Shown one piece after another: positions 55,602 to 64,000 of a stretch of DNA of 64,000 nt. The position numbers and the translations under genes are program-made. The number at the start of each line of letters is the position of its first letter. Within the stretch, counting starts at the first letter, position 1. Origin of the DNA: an uncultured Micavibrio sp. (GTDB lineage: Bacteria; Pseudomonadota; Alphaproteobacteria; Micavibrionales; Micavibrionaceae). The notes below the pieces were generated by a model. That model was not told the origin of the DNA and did not search any database. It saw only the letters and a list, made by a program, of their open reading frames with translations. Where the stretch lies: positions 2,300,755 through 2,364,754 of the forward strand of contig OZ246421.1 of NCBI GenBank assembly GCA_965231165.1. The letters run 5' to 3'.

Positions 55602-56987
55602 TTAACCGGCCAGATCGAATTTCTTCAGGATTTTCTTCTGCCGTGCTTCCAATGCGGCCGTATCAAAATCGCTGATCAGTTCGTTGAAGATACGGAACCA
55701 GTTTACTTCTGCTTTCAGGTGCAGGAAGACCGATCCCAGCCCCAGGGCCGCGCGATCCATGAAGACGAATTCACGCGGAACAGTGACGCTCCCCGCCTGT
55801 TTTAATTTCTGGTGCACTTCGTGCGCGATTTCACGGCCATACATGCCGCCTTTGACTTCGCCAATGGTGCGCACCTTGTCGTCGAGCACCGGCGCATAGA
55901 GGAACCGTGCCCAGATGGTCAGGGTTTCAATCTGGTCCTTGTTCAGGCTTTTGAAGCCCCATGTTTCAAACGCATGCACGGCGCGGGCGGGATCGTTCTC
56001 CAGCAATGCATGGTACAGGTCGATGACGCCGCCGACGAAGCTCGGTGGGAATATGCGTACGCAGCCGAAATCCAGCAGGTTGATACTGTCATCCTTGCGC
56101 ACGGTGTAATTGCCCAGATGCGGGTCGCCATGGATGATGCCGTAATAATAAAGCGGCGTGTACCAGGCGCGGAATAAATTCATGGCAATATGGTTGCGCT
56201 GTTCCTGCGGCGCGGTTTTGAAGTTCAGGATCTTTTCGCCGTCGAGCCAGGTACTGGTCAGCAGACGTCCGGTGGAAAGATCGTCGATGATTTCGGCGAC
56301 ATGCACGCCTTTTTCATCTTTCAGTATTTCAGCGTAGAGTTTGCAGTGACGGGCTTCGCGCTTGTAATCCAGTTCTTCATACAGGCGCGCGGCCAGTTCT
56401 TCGTGGATGTATTTTGTCGAAATGGCGCTGTCATATTTCTCATACAGCGAGAAAATGAGTTTTAGCTGTCGCAGATCGGCGTCGATGGCGGACTGCATGT
56501 CCGGGTATTGCAGTTTGCAGGCCACGTTCTGACCGTCGAGCGTGATGGCACGGTGCACCTGTCCGAGGCTGGCGGCAGCGGCGGCTTCCTGCTCGAATGA
56601 TTGGAAGCGTTTTTCCCAGTCAGGCCCCAGTTCGGTTTTCATGCGGCGGCGAACGAACGCCCAGCCCATCGGCGGTGCATTGGCTTGCAGTTGTTGCAGG
56701 GCATCCGCATATTCAGGCGGCAAGGCTTCGGGAATGGTCGAAAGAATTTGCCCGACCTTCATCAGCGGGCCTTTCAGGTTGCCGAGTGATTGCAGCAATT
56801 CCTGCGCATGCGTGTCGCGTTCGATTTTCAGGCCGAGATAGCGCTCGCCCGCGATTTTGGCGGCGAGCCCTGCCATTGTCGCCGATACTTTGCCATAACG
56901 AGCAACACGGCTGCCCAGCGCACTGGCTTCGGCGTCCGGGGTGGCTGCCGTTTTTGGCGCTGCCTGCTTTTTTCTTCCTTTAGACAT
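55602..56987 (-). CDS. ABC1/UbiB/COQ8-family atypical kinase (461 aa, no C-terminal TM)
   Basis: ABC1 signature (KVGQILSTIPEALPPEYADAL, AAASLGQVHRA, HGDPHLGN, LDFG). Confidence 0.85.
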   Translation of the reverse strand: MSKGRKKQAAPKTAATPDAEASALGSRVARYGKVSATMAGLAAKIAGERYLGLKIERDTHAQELLQSLGNLKGPLMKVGQILSTIPEALPPEYADALQQLQANAPPMGWAFVRRRMKTELGPDWEKRFQSFEQEAAAAASLGQVHRAITLDGQNVACKLQYPDMQSAIDADLRQLKLIFSLYEKYDSAISTKYIHEELAARLYEELDYKREARHCKLYAEILKDEKGVHVAEIIDDLSTGRLLTSTWLDGEKILNFKTAPQEQRNHIAMNLFRAWYTPLYYYGIIHGDPHLGNYTVRKDDSINLLDFGCVRIFPPSFVGGVIDLYHALLENDPARAVHAFETWGFKSLNKDQIETLTIWARFLYAPVLDDKVRTIGEVKGGMYGREIAHEVHQKLKQAGSVTVPREFVFMDRAALGLGSVFLHLKAEVNWFRIFNELISDFDTAALEARQKKILKKFDLAG

Positions 56988-57056
56988 TAAGCGCCTCTTG
57001 AAAAGTCATAATCATGTCTGCAATATCAAGACAATATATATCACGCAAAGGCCAAC

Positions 57057-57710
57057 ATGCGAGTCCGTCCTTCCGATCCTTTTTCTTTCCAGACGCCGAC
57101 GCAGGAAATTCGCGACAATATTGTCGAGGCGGTTCTGCCCGAGGTGCCGTTTGATGGCTGGACATGGCCTGCGGTTGAACGCGCGGCGGTGAAGGCCGGT
57201 TATGAAACAGCGATGGCATCATCGGTTTTTCCGGGTGGGCTTGCCGATGTGCTGGATCATTTCGCCGATCTGGCTGATCGCTGGATGCTGGAGCGTTTGA
57301 AAGATACCGACCCTGAATCCTTGCGCGTACGCGACCGGGTGCGCGTGGCGGTGCTGGCACGTTTCCGCGCGCTTTATCCGTGGCGCGATGCGGCACGGCA
57401 GTCCAATAGTTTCTGGATCGTGCCGACACGGGCGCGGCGCGCGGGTAAAATCACCTGGCGTACCGCTGATCGCATCTGGAACTGGGCGGGCGATACCGCG
57501 ACCGACTATAATCATTATACGAAACGTGCTTTGCTGTGCGGCGTTCTGGTTTCTACGGCGCTGGCGTGGGTGAACGATGACAGTCCCGGCATGATGGAAA
57601 CGGAATCGTTTCTTGATCGCCGTATTGATGGCGTGATGACAATCGGTAAAGCGGTCGGCAAGGCCAAATCATTTTCAATTTTCAAAAAGGGCAGGGGAAA
57701 AGATGTCTGA
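57057..57710 (+). CDS. COQ9 family protein (RpsU-divergently-transcribed-protein family)
   Basis: RVRDRVRVAVLARF..., DRIWNWAGDTATDYNHYTKRALLCGV and FLDRRIDGV match the COQ9/TIGR02396 pattern. Confidence 0.8.
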   Translation: MRVRPSDPFSFQTPTQEIRDNIVEAVLPEVPFDGWTWPAVERAAVKAGYETAMASSVFPGGLADVLDHFADLADRWMLERLKDTDPESLRVRDRVRVAVLARFRALYPWRDAARQSNSFWIVPTRARRAGKITWRTADRIWNWAGDTATDYNHYTKRALLCGVLVSTALAWVNDDSPGMMETESFLDRRIDGVMTIGKAVGKAKSFSIFKKGRGKDV

Positions 57711-58410
57711 TATCAGAAAGATGACCGTCGTATTGGGCATGGTGGCGGCGATGAGTTCGTTTGCGGCCCCTGTTCAGGCAAAAAATTTTCTGGAGGAATG
57801 GTTTCCGTTCCTGTTTGAAGAAAAAGAATCCGATGCCAAACCGGTAGAGGGCGATACGCAGGCACCTTTCTCAACAGATCGTGCTGTCGATACGACGGAG
57901 TCGAAGCAGCTGGGTATCGAATATAAGCCGCATGTCGCGTTGGAAAGCGGTGCTACGCTTGATCAGCCGCACCGCCAGCCAGCGCAACTATTGGAATGGT
58001 CGTCGAAAACCCTGTCCGATGCCCTTGATTTCGATCCGTTGAAATATGAAGAGCATCTGGTGGGTTTGGACGGATTTATGACGCCTTATGCGATTGAATC
58101 GCTGAAAGCCTTTATGGCCAAGGATAATCTGTTGGCGGCCTTGCAAACGAATAATCTGGTGATGCGCACTTTCGTGACGGAACCGGCGCGGTTGCTCAAT
58201 CAGGGAGCTGTGCAGGGTTCTTACCGCTGGCTGGTCGAAACGCCGATGACGATTTCTTTTCTGCCGCGTGGCACCAATGATTACGCAGGCATCCAGCCCA
58301 AAAGCCAGAAGATCAATATCCGTACCCAATTGGGCCGGGTGGCGCAGGGCGGTGAAGACGGTGTGATGATTGAAACGCTTGAATTCCTGCCCGTGCCCGC
58401 CGGGAAATGA
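57703..58410 (+). CDS. exported protein, tentatively DotI/IcmL-like fold
   Basis: Signal peptide ...SFAAPVQA. The spacing W..K.L.....F....Y......L..FMT......L......G.YRW.VE.PM resembles the IcmL-like family. Judged by eye only. Confidence 0.4.
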   Translation: MSDIRKMTVVLGMVAAMSSFAAPVQAKNFLEEWFPFLFEEKESDAKPVEGDTQAPFSTDRAVDTTESKQLGIEYKPHVALESGATLDQPHRQPAQLLEWSSKTLSDALDFDPLKYEEHLVGLDGFMTPYAIESLKAFMAKDNLLAALQTNNLVMRTFVTEPARLLNQGAVQGSYRWLVETPMTISFLPRGTNDYAGIQPKSQKINIRTQLGRVAQGGEDGVMIETLEFLPVPAGK

Positions 58411-59276
58411 GCCTGCTTTCGTCATTGCTCGATGATGATGAGCCGCCATCTTTTGCTGTTCTCAACGGCGATGGCGATTGCCGGATTATCCTGACTTGCG
58501 AACATGCGGGCGATGTGGTGCCGCGTTCCTTGAATCTGCTGGGCATGACGGCGGAAGATTATAAACGTCATTATGCCGTCGATGTCGGCGCACGGGCCGT
58601 GACCCATCATCTGGCGGTGTTACTCGATGCCCCGGCGATTTTTGGTAATTATTCGCGGCTGGTGGTCGATCTGAACCGCGATACCGATCACCCGACGACT
58701 TTCGCGCCGAGCGGCGAAGGCAGGCCCGTGCCCGGTAATATAGGTATCAGCGATGACGACAAGACGCGGCGTCTGCGCGACATCTATCATCCTTACCATC
58801 AGGCGCTGGCGGGCATGATCGACCGCGCGCTGGAATCTTCCGTGATGCCGGTGGTCATATCCGTGCATAGTTTTACGCCCGTGTTCTTTGCTTTCCGCCG
58901 CCCGTGGGAGATCGGTTTTCTGCATGCGGACGACAGCCGCCTTTCGCTGAAGCTGATCGATTATTTTAAAGGGCATGGTTATCAGGTCGGTGATAACGAA
59001 CCTTACGACCACCGGATTGTTCGTGGCAGCTCGGTGAACCGTCATGCGGGAACGCGGCTGCTGCCCCATACGATGGTCGAATTTCGTAACGATATGATTT
59101 CAAACGATAAAGATGCTTTTTTCTGGGCAAAACTTCTTGCGGATGGATTGCAGGAAGTGCTGGCAGAGGATGCCATGAGAACGTATTATGACGGCCTCCA
59201 GTTATCCTATGATCCGGAAAAAGAGCGCACGTACTTTGCGGATCTCGTTGAACGTGCCAAGAGAGGTGAGCCATGA
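58407..59276 (+). CDS. N-formylglutamate amidohydrolase family protein (second paralogue, outside the hut cluster)
   Basis: ILTCEHAGDVVP, VVDLNRD and SVHSFTP motifs of the FGase family. Confidence 0.8.
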   Translation: MSLLSSLLDDDEPPSFAVLNGDGDCRIILTCEHAGDVVPRSLNLLGMTAEDYKRHYAVDVGARAVTHHLAVLLDAPAIFGNYSRLVVDLNRDTDHPTTFAPSGEGRPVPGNIGISDDDKTRRLRDIYHPYHQALAGMIDRALESSVMPVVISVHSFTPVFFAFRRPWEIGFLHADDSRLSLKLIDYFKGHGYQVGDNEPYDHRIVRGSSVNRHAGTRLLPHTMVEFRNDMISNDKDAFFWAKLLADGLQEVLAEDAMRTYYDGLQLSYDPEKERTYFADLVERAKRGEP

Positions 59277-59563
59277 CAGCCACAGCCCATATCAATACGA
59301 TGATCGCCAATAACAACGCTGAAGGCGTCGATAAAGCAACGGCTTCCCGCCTGAAAAGCATTATCGAACGCGTCGAGCGTCTTGAGGAAGAAAAGACCGC
59401 GCTGGCGGAAGATATCAAGGAAGTTTTTGGCGAAGCCAAGGCCACAGGTTTCGATGTGAAAATCATCCGCCAGATTATCCGCCTGCGCAAAATCGAACTC
59501 GACAAGCGCCGCGAAGCGGAAATCCTTCTGGAAACCTATAAAGCCGCCATCGGCATGGAATAG
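59273..59563 (+). CDS. gapR: GapR / UPF0335 (DUF2312) nucleoid-associated protein
   Basis: LKSIIERVERLEEEKTALAEDIKEVFGEAKATGFDVKIIRQIIRLRK is the DUF2312 signature. Confidence 0.88.
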   Translation: MTATAHINTMIANNNAEGVDKATASRLKSIIERVERLEEEKTALAEDIKEVFGEAKATGFDVKIIRQIIRLRKIELDKRREAEILLETYKAAIGME

Positions 59564-59595
59564 GGATTCATATTTATTCCCTGACTTGATAGAAT

Positions 59596-59637
59596 GACCT
59601 CTGCAGCGCCTGATCGCTTGCGGAGGTCATTATTTTT
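59596..59637 (+). terminator. intrinsic terminator after gapR
   Basis: GACCTCTGCA...TGCGGAGGTC stem followed by ATTATTTTT. Confidence 0.7.
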
Positions 59638-59682
59638 ACCCTTTCATTCATTAAGCAGAATATTACAGGCATCCTGTTTGCC

Positions 59683-61590
59683 TTGCTGATCGCCGCAGGG
59701 CTGACGGCAGGCGTGTTTACCTATGGCACCGATGACATGAAATACGGCGCTTCGGTCATCTGCCCCTTTCTGGGCTGCTTGCTGATGATGGTGCAGGGGT
59801 TCCGGGCGCGTACGCTGTCATTGCCGCTGAGTGCCAGCTTTATCGCGTTATGCGGGTTCTTCGGTTATGTGCTGCTGTCCACTAGCTGGGCCAGTGTCGC
59901 TTACACAGGAACATATTTCGCGCTGATTTTTATGCTGATGCCGTTGCTGTTTGTGGCTGTCGTCTGCACGGGACGCGCTGAAAAAATCCTGCCGTTTGCG
60001 CTGGCGGGGGCGGGGGTGGTGGTTGGCGCGGTCATGGTGGGGGCGCTCTATCAGTTTATTTTCAAATTCGGCGGTGATTTCGGTAACCGCATTAAAGAAC
60101 CCTTTCTCGATCCAAATAATCTGGCAGTGTTTATGAATATGGGGCTGCTGCCGTTGCTGGCGCTGACTTTCCGGCACCAGCCGCAGCGTGACCGCATTAT
60201 TTTTGCCGCGCTGACATTGATGTTCTTTGTTGCACTTCTGGCGACCAATAGCCGGATGGGATTGATGGCGGCAATCATAGGGCTTCTGGTGCTGATGCCG
60301 GTGGTCATTCGTCAGACGCGTCATCCCACGATCACCGCATTGGGGCTGCTGACGGCAGGGGCAGCCGTATTTTTGTTCATAAATCACATTATGGATGGCG
60401 CGCTTTTTTCCTATATGCGGGAAATTTTGAATTTTGAAAATTCTGCCAGCATGACCGACCGTCTGGCGCTCTGGCTTTCTTCCTTGCGCATTTTTGAAGA
60501 TCATTTTTGGCTGGGGATAGGGCTGGCATCTTTCTATTATTATTATCCGCAATACCGTCAGCCTACTGATAGCAGTGATGGTTACTTTGTGCATATGGAC
60601 CCGTTGCAACTGGGTCTGGAAACGGGAATCATCGGTTATATTCTGATCTATGTATTCCTGATCTGCGTTCTTTGCCGCACAATCCGTGTATTGCGGGTAC
60701 CGAGCCTGAATGGCTCGGACCGGCTTATGGTGTTGGCGCCGTTTACGGGATTGCTTACGGTCTGCATCCACATGCATATGACGTTTTGTCTTTACCTTCC
60801 GGCGATCGCGATTCCGGTCGGGGTATTGCTGGCGTGGTGGTATGTGGTGACGCAGCGCTATGTTACTGATCCGTCCGTTTCCATGACCTTGACCAAGCAG
60901 GGTCGGGTGGCCAGCATGATTGTAATGGCCATGACATGCTGGGGGGTGATCTGGGCGGCGCAGGCGAATGCCGGAATTTACCTCAATCACCGCGTGGCCA
61001 CCGCCTTGCATGAAAACAGACTTGAGGACGCGCAGCGCCTGCTGTCATGGCAATACGCGCTTTCACCGTTCAGTTCCTATCGTCCTTATGAACGTGAGGC
61101 GGACATGATACTGGCGCGGCTGAAGGCGATGCGCCAGGCGCCCGCCACCGAACGGCAGAAAGTTCTGGCACAGGGACTAAAAGTGATCAATAGCGCGATC
61201 CACCGCCAGCCTCTCCACGCGTCCTTGCGTAATCTGAAGGCGATGATGCTTTATATTGCGGGCGATGATGCACACGCCGGGGCGAATGATGAAGCCATTT
61301 CCATTCTGCGCGGTATCTTGCGCACTAATCCGATGTCGCTTGATGCACGGGAGGGACTTGCCTATCTTTTGCGTGAGCGCGGTGAATTCGGCATGGCGGT
61401 GCGTGTGCTGGAGGAAGGCATGGTCTGGCCGCGTCCCAAAGGCGTTCCCGATATCGAATACATCACGACGACAGCGCGTTACAACCTATTGCTGGGTAAT
61501 AAAGAGCGCCACGACCAATTGATGGCGCATGCGGCGGAACGCGCGCGATTATACGGTTTCACCGTTACCGGAGGCCCTTCAGTGAAATAA
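59683..61590 (+). CDS. O-antigen ligase (Wzy_C) family membrane protein with C-terminal TPR domain, paralogue 2
   Basis: PFLDPNNLAV and FVHMDPLQLGLETG parallel the 31380 gene. Only TTG 59683 is a canonical start. The frame is open back to 59614. Confidence 0.75.
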   Translation: MLIAAGLTAGVFTYGTDDMKYGASVICPFLGCLLMMVQGFRARTLSLPLSASFIALCGFFGYVLLSTSWASVAYTGTYFALIFMLMPLLFVAVVCTGRAEKILPFALAGAGVVVGAVMVGALYQFIFKFGGDFGNRIKEPFLDPNNLAVFMNMGLLPLLALTFRHQPQRDRIIFAALTLMFFVALLATNSRMGLMAAIIGLLVLMPVVIRQTRHPTITALGLLTAGAAVFLFINHIMDGALFSYMREILNFENSASMTDRLALWLSSLRIFEDHFWLGIGLASFYYYYPQYRQPTDSSDGYFVHMDPLQLGLETGIIGYILIYVFLICVLCRTIRVLRVPSLNGSDRLMVLAPFTGLLTVCIHMHMTFCLYLPAIAIPVGVLLAWWYVVTQRYVTDPSVSMTLTKQGRVASMIVMAMTCWGVIWAAQANAGIYLNHRVATALHENRLEDAQRLLSWQYALSPFSSYRPYEREADMILARLKAMRQAPATERQKVLAQGLKVINSAIHRQPLHASLRNLKAMMLYIAGDDAHAGANDEAISILRGILRTNPMSLDAREGLAYLLRERGEFGMAVRVLEEGMVWPRPKGVPDIEYITTTARYNLLLGNKERHDQLMAHAAERARLYGFTVTGGPSVK

Positions 61591-62094
61591 GGGGGACGGA
61601 GATTCCATGTTTAGAATCAGGCGGGCTTTATTGCGCGCTTTCTGGACGTCTTTGTCATTATCAGACCACGCATCAGCTTGCTCGCCGCCTTTAAGGTGCT
61701 CATAGGCATTCAGACGTGCCAGCGCTAGACTCAGTTTGGGCAACTTGTCTTCGGGCACACCTTCCTTACGCAGCAGGTCGATGGTGAGTTCCTGTTCTGT
61801 CAGATCCAGAATCATATATTCGCGAATCTCTTCCGGTTCTTCGCGGTTAAAGTCGGTTTTCTCCAGACATTCCTGAATGATGCGGCTGATTTCGGCGCGT
61901 TCTGCGCGCGCTATTTCTTCAATGCTATTGAGGATGACCTCGTCAGGGGTTGACCGGGTTTCTTTGATATTGGTGTAGAGACGGTTCAGGGCGGCAATTG
62001 CTTCAGCACCGCGGCCTTCGCCGATGGCGCGGTTGAGAAACTGTTTTTTCAACTGGAGCCGCTTTTTTGTGAAATCGTCCCGATCATCCGACAT
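61579..62094 (-). CDS. hypothetical acidic protein (171 aa)
   Basis: ATG at 62094. Helical, charge-rich composition. No family recognised. Confidence 0.5.
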   Translation of the reverse strand: MSDDRDDFTKKRLQLKKQFLNRAIGEGRGAEAIAALNRLYTNIKETRSTPDEVILNSIEEIARAERAEISRIIQECLEKTDFNREEPEEIREYMILDLTEQELTIDLLRKEGVPEDKLPKLSLALARLNAYEHLKGGEQADAWSDNDKDVQKARNKARLILNMESPSPLFH

Positions 62095-62322
62095 GAAGTG
62101 CCTCTTGCGTTAATGTCCTGTTTTTCCGTGTTTTTTATTAACTTTTATATTCCATTCTCTCATTAACCCTGTTTTCAGTGCAAACTTTTTTTATCGTGAA
62201 GAGGCGCGGAAATCCGCCATTTCCGTGATTGTTTTCAATAATTAACCCGTTCTTTACCCCGGTTTCGGTAAAATGCAGCCGTGTGGTCAGAAGAAGGACG
62301 GTGGCGTTTAGCGCCCCGCAGA

Positions 62323-62934
62323 ATGATGAAAAACAAAGACTTACAGGGCATGATTCGGGAAATGGCGGCGCGTCTTGAGATGCACCAGACCGACGATATC
62401 GGCCCGTGCCCGGGGGTCTTAAGCGAGGTCGAGGCCTATATGGCCGTCGATCCCACGCTAGCCAGTCTGCATAAGCAATATATGGATGCCCGCCGCACCC
62501 GTCTGCGTGCGCTTGAACAGCAGGGCGAAGGTTCAGCCATGGCCGATATAGCCCGCGATCTGGAAGACAGCGCCCAGAGTGCGATGGAAACACGGATGAT
62601 CGAATTACGCGAAGACGAGATAAAGCGCCTGATGGTCGAACGGATGATGGCGCATGCTTACGGCGTGGATATGGATGAACGCCGTGCCTCTTCTGCCGCC
62701 TTCTATGCCCGCCGCGAATCCGAGTTTGCCGTTGCGCAAAAGCAGGACCGCTTGACCGCGGCCCGCCATGTGCGCGAAAGCGAAGACTCATTCCTCGCGC
62801 TGATGACGATGTGGTGGATGATGCGCCAGATGGCGTGGCGTACGCAGGTTAAACTGTCACTGGCCAGCAGTTTCTCACGCGCGCTTCACCGCGCCTTCGA
62901 ACGCGATCCTGATTACGTCACTGGCGCGGCTTAA
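62323..62934 (+). CDS. hypothetical protein (about 203 aa) with hydrophobic Trp/Met-rich C-terminal segment
   Basis: ATG at 62323 (MMKNKDLQ...). The opposite-strand ORF is Arg/Pro-rich junk. No family recognised. Confidence 0.5.
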   Translation: MMKNKDLQGMIREMAARLEMHQTDDIGPCPGVLSEVEAYMAVDPTLASLHKQYMDARRTRLRALEQQGEGSAMADIARDLEDSAQSAMETRMIELREDEIKRLMVERMMAHAYGVDMDERRASSAAFYARRESEFAVAQKQDRLTAARHVRESEDSFLALMTMWWMMRQMAWRTQVKLSLASSFSRALHRAFERDPDYVTGAA

Positions 62935-62937
62935 ACC

Positions 62938-64000
62938 TTACTGTTTACCCTTGATCAGTTCCTGCACAATCGCGGGATCGGCCAGCGTCGAGATATCGCC
63001 CAGCGTGTCCAGTTCATTGGCGGCAATCTTGCGCAGGATGCGGCGCATGATTTTTCCTGAACGTGTTTTGGGCAGACCTGCTGTAAAGTGAATGGCATCG
63101 GGCGTCGCAATCGGGCCGATGATCCGGCGCACGGTTTGCACGATTTCCTTCTTCATCTCGTCCGTGGGTGTTTTTCCTGTATTCAAGATGACATAGGCGT
63201 AAATGCCCTGCCCTTTCAGGTCGTGCGGATAACCGACGACAGCGGATTCGGCGACAGCTTCGTGCTCATTGATGGCGCTTTCAATTTCGGCGGTGCCGAA
63301 ACGGTGGCCGGATACGTTGATGACGTCATCAACGCGGCCGGTGATCCAATAATAACCGTCTTCGTCGCGGCGGGCGCCGTCCCCGGTGAAATACATGCCC
63401 TTGAACGTGCTGAAATAGGTTTGCTGGAAACGCTCATGGTCGCGGAAGACGGTGCGCATCATGCCGGGCCAGGAATCGGCAATGCATAGATTGCCTTCGC
63501 AAACGCCGTCCAGTGCTTTGCCTTCGCCATCGACAATCACGGGTTTGACGCCGAAAAACGGCTTGGTCGCGGAACCGGGTTTGGTGGGAATGGCGCCGGG
63601 GATTGGCGTAATCATATGCCCGCCGGTTTCGGTTTGCCACCATGTATCGACGATGGGGCAGCGCTTGTTGCCGACAGTTTCGTGATACCACATCCAGGCT
63701 TCATGGTTGATCGGCTCACCGACGCTCCCCAAAATGCGTAAGGAAGCGCGGCTGGTTTTCTTCACCCATTCATCGCCCTCGCGCAGTAATGAACGGATGG
63801 CGGTGGGGGCGGTGTAAAAAATATTGACCTTGTGCTTGTCGATGACCTGCCAGAAACGGCTGAAATCGGGATAGCTCGGCACACCTTCGAACACCAGTGA
63901 CGTCGCGCCGTTGGCAAGCGGTCCATAAACAATATAGGAATGCCCGGTGACCCAGCCCACATCGGCGGTACACCAATAAATTTCGCCGTCGTGATAATCA
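62938..64000 (-). CDS. acs: acetyl-CoA synthetase, C-terminal part (gene continues beyond the right edge)
   Basis: [33 protein letters not shown] and [12 protein letters not shown]. The upstream frame stays open to base 64000. Confidence 0.93.
   Translation of the reverse strand, partial: DYHDGEIYWCTADVGWVTGHSYIVYGPLANGATSLVFEGVPSYPDFSRFWQVIDKHKVNIFYTAPTAIRSLLREGDEWVKKTSRASLRILGSVGEPINHEAWMWYHETVGNKRCPIVDTWWQTETGGHMITPIPGAIPTKPGSATKPFFGVKPVIVDGEGKALDGVCEGNLCIADSWPGMMRTVFRDHERFQQTYFSTFKGMYFTGDGARRDEDGYYWITGRVDDVINVSGHRFGTAEIESAINEHEAVAESAVVGYPHDLKGQGIYAYVILNTGKTPTDEMKKEIVQTVRRIIGPIATPDAIHFTAGLPKTRSGKIMRRILRKIAANELDTLGDISTLADPAIVQELIKGKQ

Noticed and set aside
59848-61011. 387-aa minus-strand ORF
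   Set aside because: It is antisense to the polytopic O-antigen-ligase paralogue. The translation is His/Arg/Gln/Pro-rich junk.
62138-62791. 217-aa minus-strand ORF competing with the 62323-62934 gene
   Set aside because: Its Arg/Pro/Gly-rich translation is not protein-like, whereas the plus-strand frame has normal composition and an ATG with upstream purines. Neither frame has homology support, so this call is only moderately secure.
1-64000. CRISPR arrays, IS elements/transposases, integrases, phage genes, restriction-modification, toxin-antitoxin or other known defence modules
   Set aside because: I read through all ORF translations and intergenic regions. I saw no repeat-spacer arrays, no DDE/tyrosine/serine recombinase motifs, and no nuclease/ATPase/methylase combinations characteristic of defence systems.

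Overview
This is a 64-kb chromosomal window of tightly packed, mostly housekeeping genes on both strands. It looks alphaproteobacterial: it has a circularly permuted two-piece tmRNA with an ANDN...VAVAA tag, SspB-alpha, GapR/DUF2312, COQ9, DUF983 and an hflK-hflC-DUF2065-degP-miaA block.

Recognisable content:
- an SDR/esterase/VOC trio, leuS, a YbaL-type K+/H+ antiporter, and an orphan FlgC-like rod protein
- OsmC, mrp/apbC, and a thyA-HD-folA operon
- ssrA flanked by two HAD hydrolases, sodC, and an RNase H-like gene with a tandem 5' fragment
- two O-antigen-ligase/TPR paralogues, sspB, gpx, and an ABC ATPase next to asmA
- tRNA-Arg(CCG) and a THUMP RNA methyltransferase
- a low-GC islet of small stress-type proteins with an Asp-less orphan response regulator
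- a five-gene histidine-utilisation cluster (hutU, hutH, hutG, hutI, hutF)
- an ankyrin protein followed by ydbH-ynbE-ydbL, and a Cache/HAMP class III cyclase
- a divergent ABC1(COQ8-like)/COQ9 pair, a COQ9/IcmL-like/FGase/gapR chain, and the 3' part of acs

I saw no rRNA, CRISPR array, IS/transposase, integrase, prophage, or recognisable defence or toxin-antitoxin module. I cannot name a clear-cut novel system from sequence alone.

The best candidates for something undescribed are:
1. the four-gene orphan operon at 6642-10250
2. the low-GC islet at about 40.5-43.7 kb, bounded by a tRNA 3'-end-like scar
3. the tmRNA with a 24-codon internally repeated tag and an odd T-loop
4. the overlapping hutF-ankyrin-ydbH-ynbE-ydbL chain
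5. the COQ9/IcmL-like/FGase/gapR chain

All functional calls rest on motif recognition by eye. None has been checked against a database.
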